Origin: Nitrospirota bacterium
Lineage (GTDB): Bacteria > JACPQY01
Length of the DNA: 40,887 nt
Direction: 5' to 3'
Assembly (NCBI GenBank): GCA_016180645.1
Contig: JACPAV010000007.1
Location: forward strand, 1-40,887
The notes under the pieces were generated by a model. It was not told where the DNA came from. It ran no database searches and worked only from the letters and a program-made list of their open reading frames with translations. The translations under genes were made by a program, and so were the position numbers. Of the stretch, positions 16,111 through 28,100 are shown piece after piece. Numbering within the stretch: position 1 is the first letter of the stretch; each line of letters opens with the position of its first letter.

Positions 16111-19100
16111 TCAGTTCCCGGTGCGGGCGGCGTTCTTTTGGAAGGTGGGCCAGGAATGGGAAGCGGTGCCGCTGCCGGCCACGGTGATTTCGAAGACGTA
16201 GATCTTGTCGTCCGCGGAACCGACCACGAGCTCGAGGTTGGAATCCGCGTCCAGGTTGGCCAGCGTCGGTGAGGAAAGGGCCGCTGTTCCCGCGACGATC
16301 GGCCAGCCGTCCGCTTCGGTATTACCATTGGCGACTTCCCTCGCCGTGATCTGTCCGTTCGGCCGGGCGATGACGACTTCCTGAGTTCCGTCGTTGTCGA
16401 CATCGGCGAGCATGGGTGAGGCGGTCAAGACCCCGAGACCGGTGACGGGCCAGTTCGAGGCGCCTGAGGCGTTGGAGCCGGTGGAGCCGTCTAGAATATA
16501 GACCTCGCCCGCCTGTGTGGCCACGATGATTTCCAGCGGAGGGGAGGCGCCGAGGACGTTGGCTACGGCGACGGAAGCCGTAATGGACGGCGCGCCCGCT
16601 ATCGTGCGGGTTGTGACCGCGCAGGAGGCGGTATCCAAGATATGAATCTTGCCGTCATTCGAGGCCACGATGATCTCCAGCGCGCCGTCGGCATCCACGT
16701 TGGCCACGACCGGTGAATTATTGAGGGCGGCGGACGAGCCGCCGTCCACATCCGCATTGCCTCCACAGACGGACGAATCCAGGCCCGTCGCTCCGGTCAG
16801 AATGCGGATTTGGCCGTTGCCCGTTCCCACGATCACTTCGTTTCCGGCCGAACCGCCGACATCCGCGATGGCCGGCGCCGCATTGGTTCCGGAAATTCCC
16901 GCAAAGGTCCTGGACCACTGCGTCGCGCCCGTCCCGAATTCCACCGCATAGACGACCATGTCTCCGGCGCTGGTGCCGTGGACGACGACTTCGACGGCGC
17001 CGTCGCCGTCGATATTGCCCACCGCGGGAGTGGAGTTCGCTCCCACGCCCGCGAGTGCGATGGTCGGCGTGGCCGACGCGGTGTTGTGCTCGAAGAAGTG
17101 GAGGTTTCCGTCGGACGCGGCGATGGCGAACTCTCCCTGAGCGTCGCCGGTGGCCAGATTCCCTCCGGCGGCGGATCCGGCCGTTACGCTGCCGCCGAGC
17201 GCGGTGGGCCCGAACACGTCGGTATCCGTATTCGTGAGTGTGTAGAGATTTGTGCCGGCCCCTTCGGCGGAGGCAGCGATGATTTCGCAGATGACGCTCG
17301 TGCTGTTGCAGGAATCGGCGCCGGTGTCCAGATTCATGACGAGCGGCGCGTTGGATACGTCCGCCGCCGGAGCGGTCGATCTCGGCCACTGGTTGCCCCC
17401 GGGGCACGGGCCCTCCCGGCCGAAGACGATCTCCACGGAAGGCGGGGAGGAGTAGGATGCGCTGTTGCCGGCGGGGTCGCTGGCGGTGATGACGATGGGA
17501 CGGTTCGGCTGAGTCGTTTCGGTTCCCGCTATGGTGTAGGAGTAGGAAAGATCCATTTCGTTGTTGCCGGCGTCGTCCGAGCAGGCGGCGAGGCAGGAGG
17601 CGGCATTTCCGTCCACCGTCACGGACGGACTGGGCGCCCCGCAGGCAAAGGCCGTCTGGGCGCACCGGATCCCTTCGCCTTGGATGGTGAAATCGATCTG
17701 GATCACGTCGCACTTGGCGAGGGGGGTCGCGGCAACGGGCGTGTAGACGAGGTTGGCGAAGACGGGCGCCGTCGTATCCACCCGCATGGTGTTGCCCGAG
17801 GAGTAGGTGACTTCGTTGTAGACGACATCGCGCACGATGATCTTGTATTGATAGCAACTCCCTCCGGCCACCGCATCCACGAAGGAGCTGCCGCACGTTC
17901 CCTGCGTGGAGAGGGGATTGAACGCCCCGGGGGCCGCGCATGTACCGTCCGCCTGGATGGCGGCCACGCTGCGCTGAAGTTCGCAGCTTCCGATCCCGGA
18001 GACCGGGGGACCGCCGGCGTCGACTCCGGTGCCCCAGGTGATGGTCGGTCCGGTGGAGCTTGAGTCTCCGTTGGTGTAGCTGATCGATCCGCCGGCGGGT
18101 GCCGCGAGGTCCCGAATGACGCTGAAGCTGTTGGTCGACGAGTTTCCGGCTTTGTCATTGCAGGTGACTGTGGAGGCGGCGCTGAACGTGCTGGCCGGGC
18201 CGAGTACCGCATCTTCCCAATTGTAGGTTTGCTGGTAGGGCGTGGCTGAATCTACGGCGCCCGCTGAAACCGTGGCCAGAAAGGTTACATTGTCCATTCC
18301 GCCCGAATCCGTTGCGCCGACGGTGACGATGAAGCTTCCATCCGTCGAGTTGTTGTTGTACCAGACCGTCGTGGTGGAGACGGCCTGTTGGTTGATATCC
18401 GGATTCTCGGCGATGGTGGGTGCCGGGCAGGTGGGGTTGGTGGTGTCGATGACGAGATCGGGCGCCATGGCGGCGGAGTCGGCCGATTCGTTTCCGGCTG
18501 TGTCGGCTGAGCGGGCGACGACATTGGCGTAGGACGCCGGGCCGAGGGCCGAGCTGGTGCAGGACCACGCGCCACCTCCGCCGGAGGTGACGGAACAACG
18601 CTGAGTTCCGCCGATGTAGAGGCGAATGGTGGTCGTGGCCGGCCCGGTCCCGTTGAAGAGGGGGGTTGTGGCGTTGGTGATATTGTCCGTTGTGGAGGAA
18701 CCGGAATCGCTTCCGGGGTCCAGGTCCGGTGCGGCGGGAGCGACCGGCGCGGTGGTGTCGATAGTGACGTTTAAGGACGGCGAGTCCGGCCCTTCGTTTC
18801 CGGCTGCATCCACGGAGCGGGCGATCACCGTGTGGGTGGCCTCACCGAGGGCGGTGCTCGTGCAATTGGTGTAGTCGCCCAGCCCGGTTGTGTCCACGGT
18901 GCAACGGAGGGTATCGGGGCCGGTGGTATAGATTCTGACCTGCCCCGGGGGGGGGGCAGCGCTGGCCGTCAGGTTCTCGAAGGACGGCGTCGTGTCATTT
19001 GTGATGTTGTCCGTGGAGGAGCTGCCAGAATCGCTGGCGGCCATGAGGTCCGGCGCCGAAGCCGGGGCGGCCGGCGCCGTGGTGTCGATCACCAGATCGG

Positions 19101-22100
19101 GCGACAGGGCGGCCGAGGCTGCCGATTCGTTTCCGGCGGCATCCCTGGTGCGGGCGACGACGTCGTTGTACGTGGCCTCGGCAATGGCGACTCCCGGCGT
19201 ACAGGCCGAATAGGCGCCGAAGCCGTCCGTCGTGTCCGTGCAGCGAACGGATCCGCCGACGTAGACCCGGACGATTGTGTTGATCGGCCCGGTGCCGCCG
19301 AAAGTGGGTGTGGTATCCGTGGTGATGTTGTCCGCGCTCGATTTTCCGGAGTCGCTTGCGGCTTGGAGGTCGGGCGTGCCCGGCGCAGCCGGGCCGGTGG
19401 TATCGATTTGGATCGGATTGAGGGTGGGCGAATCCGCCGATTCGTTTCCGGCGAGATCGACGGAGCGAGCGGCGGCCGAGTAGCTGTTTTCGGTGAGGGC
19501 GCTGCTGGTGCAGGACCAAGCGCCAGCGCCGCCGGCGGTGGTTTCGCACACCTGGGCCGCATTGAGGTAGAGGCGGACTTTCTCGTTAAAGGGGGCGCCC
19601 GTGCCGGAGAAACCCGGGGTCGTGATGTTGGTGATGTTGTCTATGCTGGACGTGCCGCTATCGCTTGCCGCGTCGAGATCGGGGGCTCCCGTGGGGACGG
19701 CCAGCGCCGTCGTGTCGATCGTCACGCTGAGGGTGGCGGAGTCGGTGCCTTCGTTCCCGGCGAGATCGACCGAGCGTGCCGTGAAGCTATAGGTCGCTTC
19801 GCCCAGAACGGAGCTGGTGCATGCGCTGTAGTCTCCGGCGCCGTTCGTATCGACGGTGCAGCGGAGCGTGAGCGGTCCCGCTGTGTAGAGTCGCACCTGT
19901 CCGTTCGGCACCGCGCTGCCGGTGAGGTTTTGGAACGTGGGTGTGGTCAAATTGGTGTAGTCGTCCGACGAGGAGGTACCGGAATCGCTTGCCGCGGTCA
20001 TGTCCGGCGCGGACGCCGGAGCCGCCGGCGCCAAAGTGTCGATCGTAAGGCTCAGACTAAGAACGGAATCCGGAGAGATGTTGCCGGCGAGATCCACGTT
20101 GCGCGCGGTGACCGTGTACGCTGCGTCTCCCAGCGCGGGCGCGGCCGTGCATGCCGAGTACAAACCGGTGCCGTCCGTCGTCACGGTGCAGATCGGGCTG
20201 CCGGTGGCGTACAGGGTGACGTAGGCGTTGGTGTCCGCCCCGGAGCCCGAGAGTGTGGGCGTGTTGTCGCTGGTGGTGTTATCCGTGGCGGATTTCCCGC
20301 TGTCGCTGGCGGCGTCGAGGTCCGGAGCGGCGGTGGGACCGGCGGCGGGCGCGGTGGTATCGATCACGAGATTCGGCGACATGGCGGGCGAGTCGGTCGA
20401 GGAGTTTCCCGCGAGGTCGACTGATCGCGCCGTGATGGTATAGGTGCCGTCGGCGAGCGCGGGGGCGAGTGCGCATCCGGAGTAAGTTCCCCCTCCGAGG
20501 GCGGTCACGCTGCATTTCTTGACGCCATCGACGAAGACTCCCACGACTTCCAAGGGGGGCGCGCCGGAACCGGAGAACGTGGGCGTGGTGGTCTTGGTTA
20601 TGTTGTCCGTGCTGGAAGCGCCGGTATCACTGGCGGCGTCGAGGTCCGGCGCGGCGGTGGGGGCCGGCGCGGGGGCGACCGTGTCCAGTGTGATGCTGAG
20701 TGCCGGGGAATCGGGAGATTCGTTTCCGGCGGTGTCCACGGAACGGGCGGTGATGGTGTACACCACGGCGGCTCCGCCGGCGAGGGCCGGGCTGATCGTG
20801 CAACCGGAGTAGTTTCCGCCTATGTCCGACGTGACTGCACAGTTTCCGTAGGTACCGTTCCAATAGATTCGTACGCTCGTATTGGCGGGGGCTCCGCTTC
20901 CGAGGAACGTGGGGGTTGTGATGTTGGTGATATCGTCCGTGTTGAAGGTGCCCGAGTCGCTGGCGGGATCGAGGTCTGGGGCGGAAATGGGCGTTCCCGG
21001 CGGAGAGGTATCGTAGACCCAGAGGGTATTGTCGAGGAGGCCGGCGTTTCCGGCGAGATCGGTCATGGCGAGCCGCACGGTGTAGGTTGTTCCGTCGATC
21101 AGCGTATCGTTGGGATCGGACGAGACGCCGGTGACGCCGCAAGCAGAGGAGCTGAGGTCCCCGCCGACGAGGTTCGGCGCGCACGATTTGGCGCCCGCGC
21201 TTTCGAAGGTTGCGTTGAACGTGATGATGTGAGGGCTGAATATGTCCGCCGGTCCCGCCGTGCGCGTGAAAGTAATTTTGACCGTGCCCGAGATCGCGTT
21301 TTCGGGAATGTTGAATGCCGTGGTAATCGTCGCGTTATCCGCTCCGCTCGCGGCCGGCGCGGTGAGAGAGGGGGCGGGAACTTCTGTGTCGAACGTAATT
21401 GCGCCGGCGGTTACGGCGGAGGCGTTGACATTACCTGCGCCGTCGCGGGTCCAGACGTACATGGTTACGGAAGCGGGTGGACTCCCCGTTCCGCTCATCG
21501 AGACGCTGGTGGGTTCCGGAGTGGTCCATGTGGTGCCGCCGGTGCAGGAGGATGAGGTCGGCTGGGTCGTTTGGGTATCGCTCAGGCACCAACCCGAAAT
21601 GCCGCTGGTCGCGTCCGACTCTCCGGCGATCGTGGCGTTGATCGGATTGCTGTTGGAATACGTGGCTGCGTTCTGCCCGGCGGCGGGAGAGGGATCGGCG
21701 ACCGTCAGGGTCATGCCGCTCGTGGGCGCCGTGAGATCCAGCGTGATCGCGTCGGATACTGTTCCCACGTTGACATTCCCCGCGCCGTCGCGAACCCAGA
21801 CGTAGATCGTCTTGGCGGCGTCGCCACCGCTCAGCGTGAACGTGGTGGGTTCGATGCCGACGAAGCAGGCGTTGGTGGCGGCGGGTTGGGTGGACTGGGT
21901 TTCGCTGAGGCACCAGCCGGAGATTCCCGATTCGGCGTCGGTATCTCCCGTGACGGAGGCGGTGACGGGATTCGTGTTGGTGTAGGTATCGACTTGGGCT
22001 GCGAATTTGGAGGGGTCGGACGCGTCGAGCGCTGGATTGCCGGGCACCGCTTGATCCAGAGTGATGGCAAAGGACACCGCGGGGAGGGCGTTCACGTTCC

Positions 22101-25100
22101 CGGCCGCATCTCTCACCCAGAGATAGACCGTCTTGAGGCCGTTGCCCGCGGTGAGGGAGAACGTGGCGGGGGCGGGGGTGGTCCACCCTGTGCCGCCGTT
22201 GCAGGTGGCGGCCGTGGGCTGGGCGGCTTGAGTTTCGCTCACGCACCAGCGGTCGACTGCGAGATTGTCCGTTGCCGTAATCGACGTGTTCACAGGGTTT
22301 GCGTTTGTGGTTGCACCTTGTCCAGTGAAAGTGGTCGGGTCCGCCAGGCTCAGGATGGGAGTTCCGGGTGCCGTGGCGTCGAGGGTGATCGAAGCGCTTC
22401 CGGCGGCGGCGCTGACGTTGCCGGCGGAGTCTTTGAACCAGGCGTAGACCGTCTTGCAGTTTGGTACGGCGCAGTCACCGACCGAGAGCGAGAAGGTCGT
22501 CGGTTCCGGAGTCGCCCACGTGCCGCTCGGGCAGGTCGTCTCCGACGCGGCCGCCGCATTTTCCGTCAGGCACCATCGAACGACATCTCCGCTCTCGCCC
22601 GTGATCGTGGCGGACACAGGATTGTCGTTGGTGTAGGTGGCGGTGGTGGGAGTCGGATCGGCGAGGGCGAGCGAAGCATTGGGGGGGGCCGTCCGATCGA
22701 GCGTGATGGATCCCGAGCTTTGAGTGGTGTTGATTTGGCCGGCGGCATCCTGCACCCAGACGTAGACGGTTCGGGCGCCTTCGGTGCTCGTGGGCAGTGT
22801 GTATGTGGTGGGTTTCAGGGCGACCCACGCGCCGGACGGGCAGGTGGCGGCTGTTGCAATCGCAGGATCATCCGTGACGCACCATTTGACGACGTCGGGT
22901 GTATCGGTGAATGCCAGGGTGAGCGAAGTGTTGGGGCAGGGGCCCACGGCGCAATTGTTGGTGACGGTGGTGCTGCCACTTTCCGGATCGGTGAAGGTGA
23001 TGGCAATGGGGTCGTTCGGCGGGCCGGTGTCGAGTGTTATCGTGTCCGTGGCGGCGGCCGTGCTGACGTTTCCCGCGCCGTCGCGCAGCCAGAGGCGGGC
23101 CGTCTTGAGGACGTCGCCCGCGGTGAGGACGTTGACCCCGTCGGACTGGGGCGTCGGGGCCGCGAGATTCCAGCCGGTGCCGTCGACCGGGCCGCTGGCG
23201 GCGAGACAGGAACCGGCTGTGGGTATTCCGGCATTCTCGGTAAGGCAATAGCCTGAGACTCCACTGGCGGCATCTGCCGCGCCTGCGATGCTGACCGAGA
23301 CGGACCGTTCGTCACTGAGCACTTGGCTGGACGTTGTCCGATCGGTGATATCCACCGTCAGGCCCGTCCCCCCCCCCGCTGGAGCGGTGGAGTCGAGGGT
23401 GATTTGCGCGCAGGTGGCGCCCGGGCAGGCCGTACCCGCGCTGACGTTTCCGGCATTGTCCTTGAGCCAGACGTAAACGGACTTGAGGCCGTCCGCGCCG
23501 GTGAGGGTGCAGCCGGAGGCGCCCGGCGGCAGTGCGGAGGTCGTCCAGTTTGAAAACGTCGGGATGCATTGACCCGTGCAGGTTGATTCGGGGGGCGCTC
23601 CCGCGGTTTCTCTCAAGCACCATCCTGCGATGCCATTCGCGTCGCTGCCGCCGGTGATGGAGACGTCCACGGTGGCGGTATTCGTGTAGGTGGTGGTGAC
23701 CTGGCCGGTGAAAGAGGACGCCGGCGGATCGGCCAGGGAAGCGGCGGTGGGATCGGCCGGCGGCGTGTTGTCGATACGGATGCGCTCCGGATCCGTGTCC
23801 GCCATCGTGGCGGTGTTTGAGTTTCCTTTGACGCCGGCCTGATTGGTGCAGTCGTTAGCCGCGGCGCCCCGGCCGACGGCGGGGGTGGCTTGGTCGCAGG
23901 CGGTGACGGTGAGGAGCTTGTTGCCGTCCGCCGTCATGGCGCCCGCAGCGGGCAGGGTGGTCGAACCTTCGTAGATTGCGGTGTCCAGATCCACGTAGCA
24001 GACCCGGTTGAGGACCACGGTGCCGCCGGCGGTGACGATCGGGGAGAGATCGACCGTCACGTAGCCGTCCACCCCCAGCAGCGTCATGTCGTCGGTCACC
24101 ATCACGGTCAGGGTAAGTTGGTCGCCTGCCTTGTAGTAAAGGCTGGTCTGCGGGAGAACGAGTGCACAGGGAGTCGAAGTGAAGTTGTCGTTGCTCTTGG
24201 AATGGACGATGCCGGGCGGTTCGATGACCGGTTTTTTTCCGTCGAAGAAGTATCCCGGCGGAGCGGTGGGCGGTCCACCGCTCGATGGGGGGTAGTATTT
24301 GGAGCTGGGACCCGTGGCTCCGACTGATCGCATCGCGACGTAGTAGAGGGAATTGGGGGGCAGAATGGGGGGACCGTCTACGACGGCGCTGATCGCGGTT
24401 CCTGAGATTCCGGTCTTCGGACTGGGCGCGACGTTGTAGGGGGGTTCGCCGCCGACAAAGGCCGTCGGCTTGTAGTGGATTTCGTATGTGGCGGGGTTGG
24501 TTGCTGTGCCGCCGACGTCCGGGGGAGACCACCGGACGACGATCTGGGTTTCCGTTCCGCCGTTGGCATTGCCGAGGATGGTGGACGTATTCAACACGGT
24601 CGGGGCGGGGAAGGGGGTGGTGGCGGATGTGATTACGCTGTAGTCGCCTACGTTGCCGGCGACTCCCGATTGAACGGCTTGGACGGCGAAATAGAACACC
24701 TTGTCGATATTCACGCCGCGGATGATGATCGGGAGAGCGCTGGACGGAACGTTCTGGATGGGGGCGTCGCATGTTCCGCTCAGGGCGTCGCAGCCGTCGC
24801 CCGTGATGCCGCCGACGGAGTTGGGCGGGACATCCGTGCCATCCATGGGCACCGAGCCGTCGAAGTCATAGTAGAGGGTGTACTGACTTGCGCCGGTCAC
24901 GGTGCTCCAGTTGACCAGGAAGCAGGCGATGCGTTGCGGAGCGTTGGTGGGGTTGGAGCAGGTTTTTCCGCTCACGACGTCGCCCACCAGCATCGGAGTG
25001 ATGGTGAGCGTCGGCCGGGCCAGCGGGATGAGGCTTTGGTTGGAGGCGTAGGGGCTCTCGGTGCTTGTGGCGAACGCTTTGACGGAGAAGTGGTACTGCA

Positions 25101-28100
25101 CGCCGGATGTGAGGCCGGTCAGCGTGAGGTCGGTCTTGGTGGACGGGATCGGTCCGAGGCCGCCGGCCGTGCTCGCGCCGGCTGCGCAAGGGTCACCTGC
25201 CGCCGCGGCGAGGCTCTCGCAGGTGGCGGAAACAGCTTCGCAGGTGGCGGCCACGCCGCCTTCTCCGGTCGTTTGAACGTACGGTGCGCCGGCGGTGTCC
25301 GTGTCATAGAAGACTCTGTAGCAGGTTGCTCCGGTGACTGCATTCCAGTCCACCTTGGTATTCACGACGCCGTCGATGACGCTGGCTCCCGTTTCGCCGG
25401 TTACAGCGAAACCGGTTGGCGTATCGAGGCCGGAGGTGGTGGTCTTCTCGGGTGAGAGGGCGCTCTCCCCCTCGCCATTCTCAAGCGCGCAGCCTGAGCC
25501 GCCCGTCAAGCAATCGCCGTCGTCCTTCATTGCCGAAATGGCGAGGTAGAACGTGGTCGGGGTGGAGCCGCTGGGGAGGTTGAACGTTTGAGTGGTGGTG
25601 GAGCCGGAGGTGATTACGTGGGGCGAGGCGCCTTCCTGGAACTGCGTGCCGGTGTACGGGGTGCCGGAGTTGGTGTCGTAGTAGATGCGGTAGCCCGTGG
25701 CGTCTTTGACGCTGCACCATGTCAATTGGACTTGAGTTCCGTTGGCTGTGGCCGAGAAACAGAGGGGGGTGGAAAGGGGGATAGCGTTTACGGTGGGCGG
25801 GCTGGAGCCATTGAGGTCGGCAAAATCGCTATGGTTGCCGCCCGCCTCGGCCACCGCGCTGAAGCAGTAGCTTTCACCGACCGCCAATTGATCGCCGTTC
25901 TTGAGACAGGTCAGGGTGATGTTGGACGACGCGGTAGTGACGCCGCCGGAGATGCCGTTGCAGGCATCGGCATCCGCATTGTAGTTCGTGGTCCAGGCGC
26001 CGGCATTGTCTCGGGTGACGGCGGTACACGCGGCGGCTGTCTCGCGGCGGTAGTAGACGCGGTAGCTCAGCCCTGACAGACCCGTCAGGGCGTTCCACGT
26101 GAGGGTGGCCTGGCTGGTGGCGGTGGTGACCTTGAGGTTCGTGGGCGTGGCAATCAGCGTTCGGGCGGAGCCGGAGTTGGTGGCCAGGTCGCTTTCCCCG
26201 CTTTCGGCGTCATCGCTCCCGGGCGGTCCTGGAACGATCGCGTAGGAGTCATTGATCGTGTTGGCCGCGGACACGGCATAGTAGTAGGTCTTGTCGGCTT
26301 GGAGACCGGAAAGTGTGAACGTGCAAAGCGTGGGTGCGCCGGAGACGCAGCCGGCCGCCACGGGTTCGCGCACAATCGGGGAGGTTCCTTCGGCGGCCCC
26401 GATGCCGGTGTAGGGCGCTCCCGCGGAATCCGTATCGTAGTAGATCTTGATTTTGTCGACGCCATTGGAATTCGTGGTGGTCCAGTCCGTGTTGAATTGG
26501 AAGGTGAGAGTAGAGGCGGTCAGCTTGGCCGTGCTGCCCGCGCCTGCGCCCACGAAGGTCGGATCGACGACCCCTGTCGGCACGGCGATCGGGATGCCTT
26601 CCCGATTGGGAAGAAAGGGGTCGCCGCAGTTGTTGACGGTGGAGTTGGCGCCGGGGTCGGGGGTCAGTTCGCAGGGGTCGTCGGCCCCTGCCGGCGCGGG
26701 AGGGGAGGCCGGCAGCGGGGGGGCGCCCTTTACCGCTACGATGCCGAAACAGTATCGAGTGCCGTTCACCAGGTCGATTCCACTGCCATCCTTGGTGGCG
26801 GTGTAGGACGTGGAGGTCGAGGTGATCACCTTTTTCGGAACGTCGGGTGGGCAACCGTCTGCATCCTCGGCATCGACAAAAACCTGGTAGCTGTCCGCCC
26901 CGGTCACGGGGTCCCACGTCATGACGGCCTTTCCCGTTCCCAGGGTTACGGCGAAGTTGGCGACCCTCGGGAGGAGCGTGGTGAGTCCGATTTCATCCAT
27001 CGGATCGCTTTCGTCGCCCGCGGTGGTGACCGCAGCGGCGGCCAGATAGTAGGAACTGTTCGAGGGGAGGCCGCTCAGGGCGCATCGCTCGTTGATGCCG
27101 TTGTTGATGCAGGACGTGTTGACGAGTGTCGACGCTCCTTCGGTGGCGCCGGTCCCTTTGTAGTCGGAAATCTTGAGCGTTCCGGCGCGAGAGGCGGTGT
27201 CGTAACCCACTTTGTACGTGGGACAGGCTTCACCCGACGCACACGATCCGTAGGATGGGCAGATGGCCAGCGGGCACACCCCGCGCTGCCACTCGAAGAC
27301 GAGCCGGGCGGCCTCGATGTCCTTTTCATGTTTGTCGACATAGGAGGCCATCACCGGTTTGGCCAGCGGCGTGGCGGCATCGTTTGTTTGATTGCTTCTT
27401 CCGCTGCCGTTCACGGCGACGGTCGAGAAGTAGGCGGTTTGACCGTTTGAGGGGAACGACGCTCCCACGGGGATGGCCCGCGTTTCGGGACAGACGCCGG
27501 CAGCCGTGGTGCCGCAACCTGGGGTGCCTGCGACAGCGCAGAGCGTCATGGAGGCGCAGGAGGTGGTGACGACGTTGGAGACCGGTTTCGCGAGGTGGTC
27601 TTCGGCGAGGGACACATTGTTCCAACGGATTTCATAACCGCCGGTGGCGCCCGTGACGGCGTTCCAACTCAACTCGACTCGACCGGTTCGGCCTTTCGCG
27701 ATGAAATTGGCCGGCTTGTCGATGGGCAGCACGGTGATCTGTGAAGAGAGGCTGCTGTCGGTCCGCGCGTCCGTTCCGCTCCGGAGAGCGGAGACAACCG
27801 CATAGTAAGCCGAACTGTTGGCGAGGCTGGGGAGCGTGGCGCATCGGGAGGTTCCCGCAATGGCTGCCGGACAAGTGGCGGTGACCGGTGTGCCACACCC
27901 TGCATCGGCCGGGCAGCTTGACGTGGAAGTTTCCATGGCCAGCAGACACGAAGTGTAGACACCGCTCGACGTGCCGTACTGAATCTTGTAGCAATCCGCC
28001 TTGTCCACCGCGTCCCACTTCACCGGGCCTTGGCCGGTCAGGTGAGCGGGGCCGAGCGCGTTTGAGAGGGAGAGGAGTCCGAAGCCCGTGGGCGCGGCCA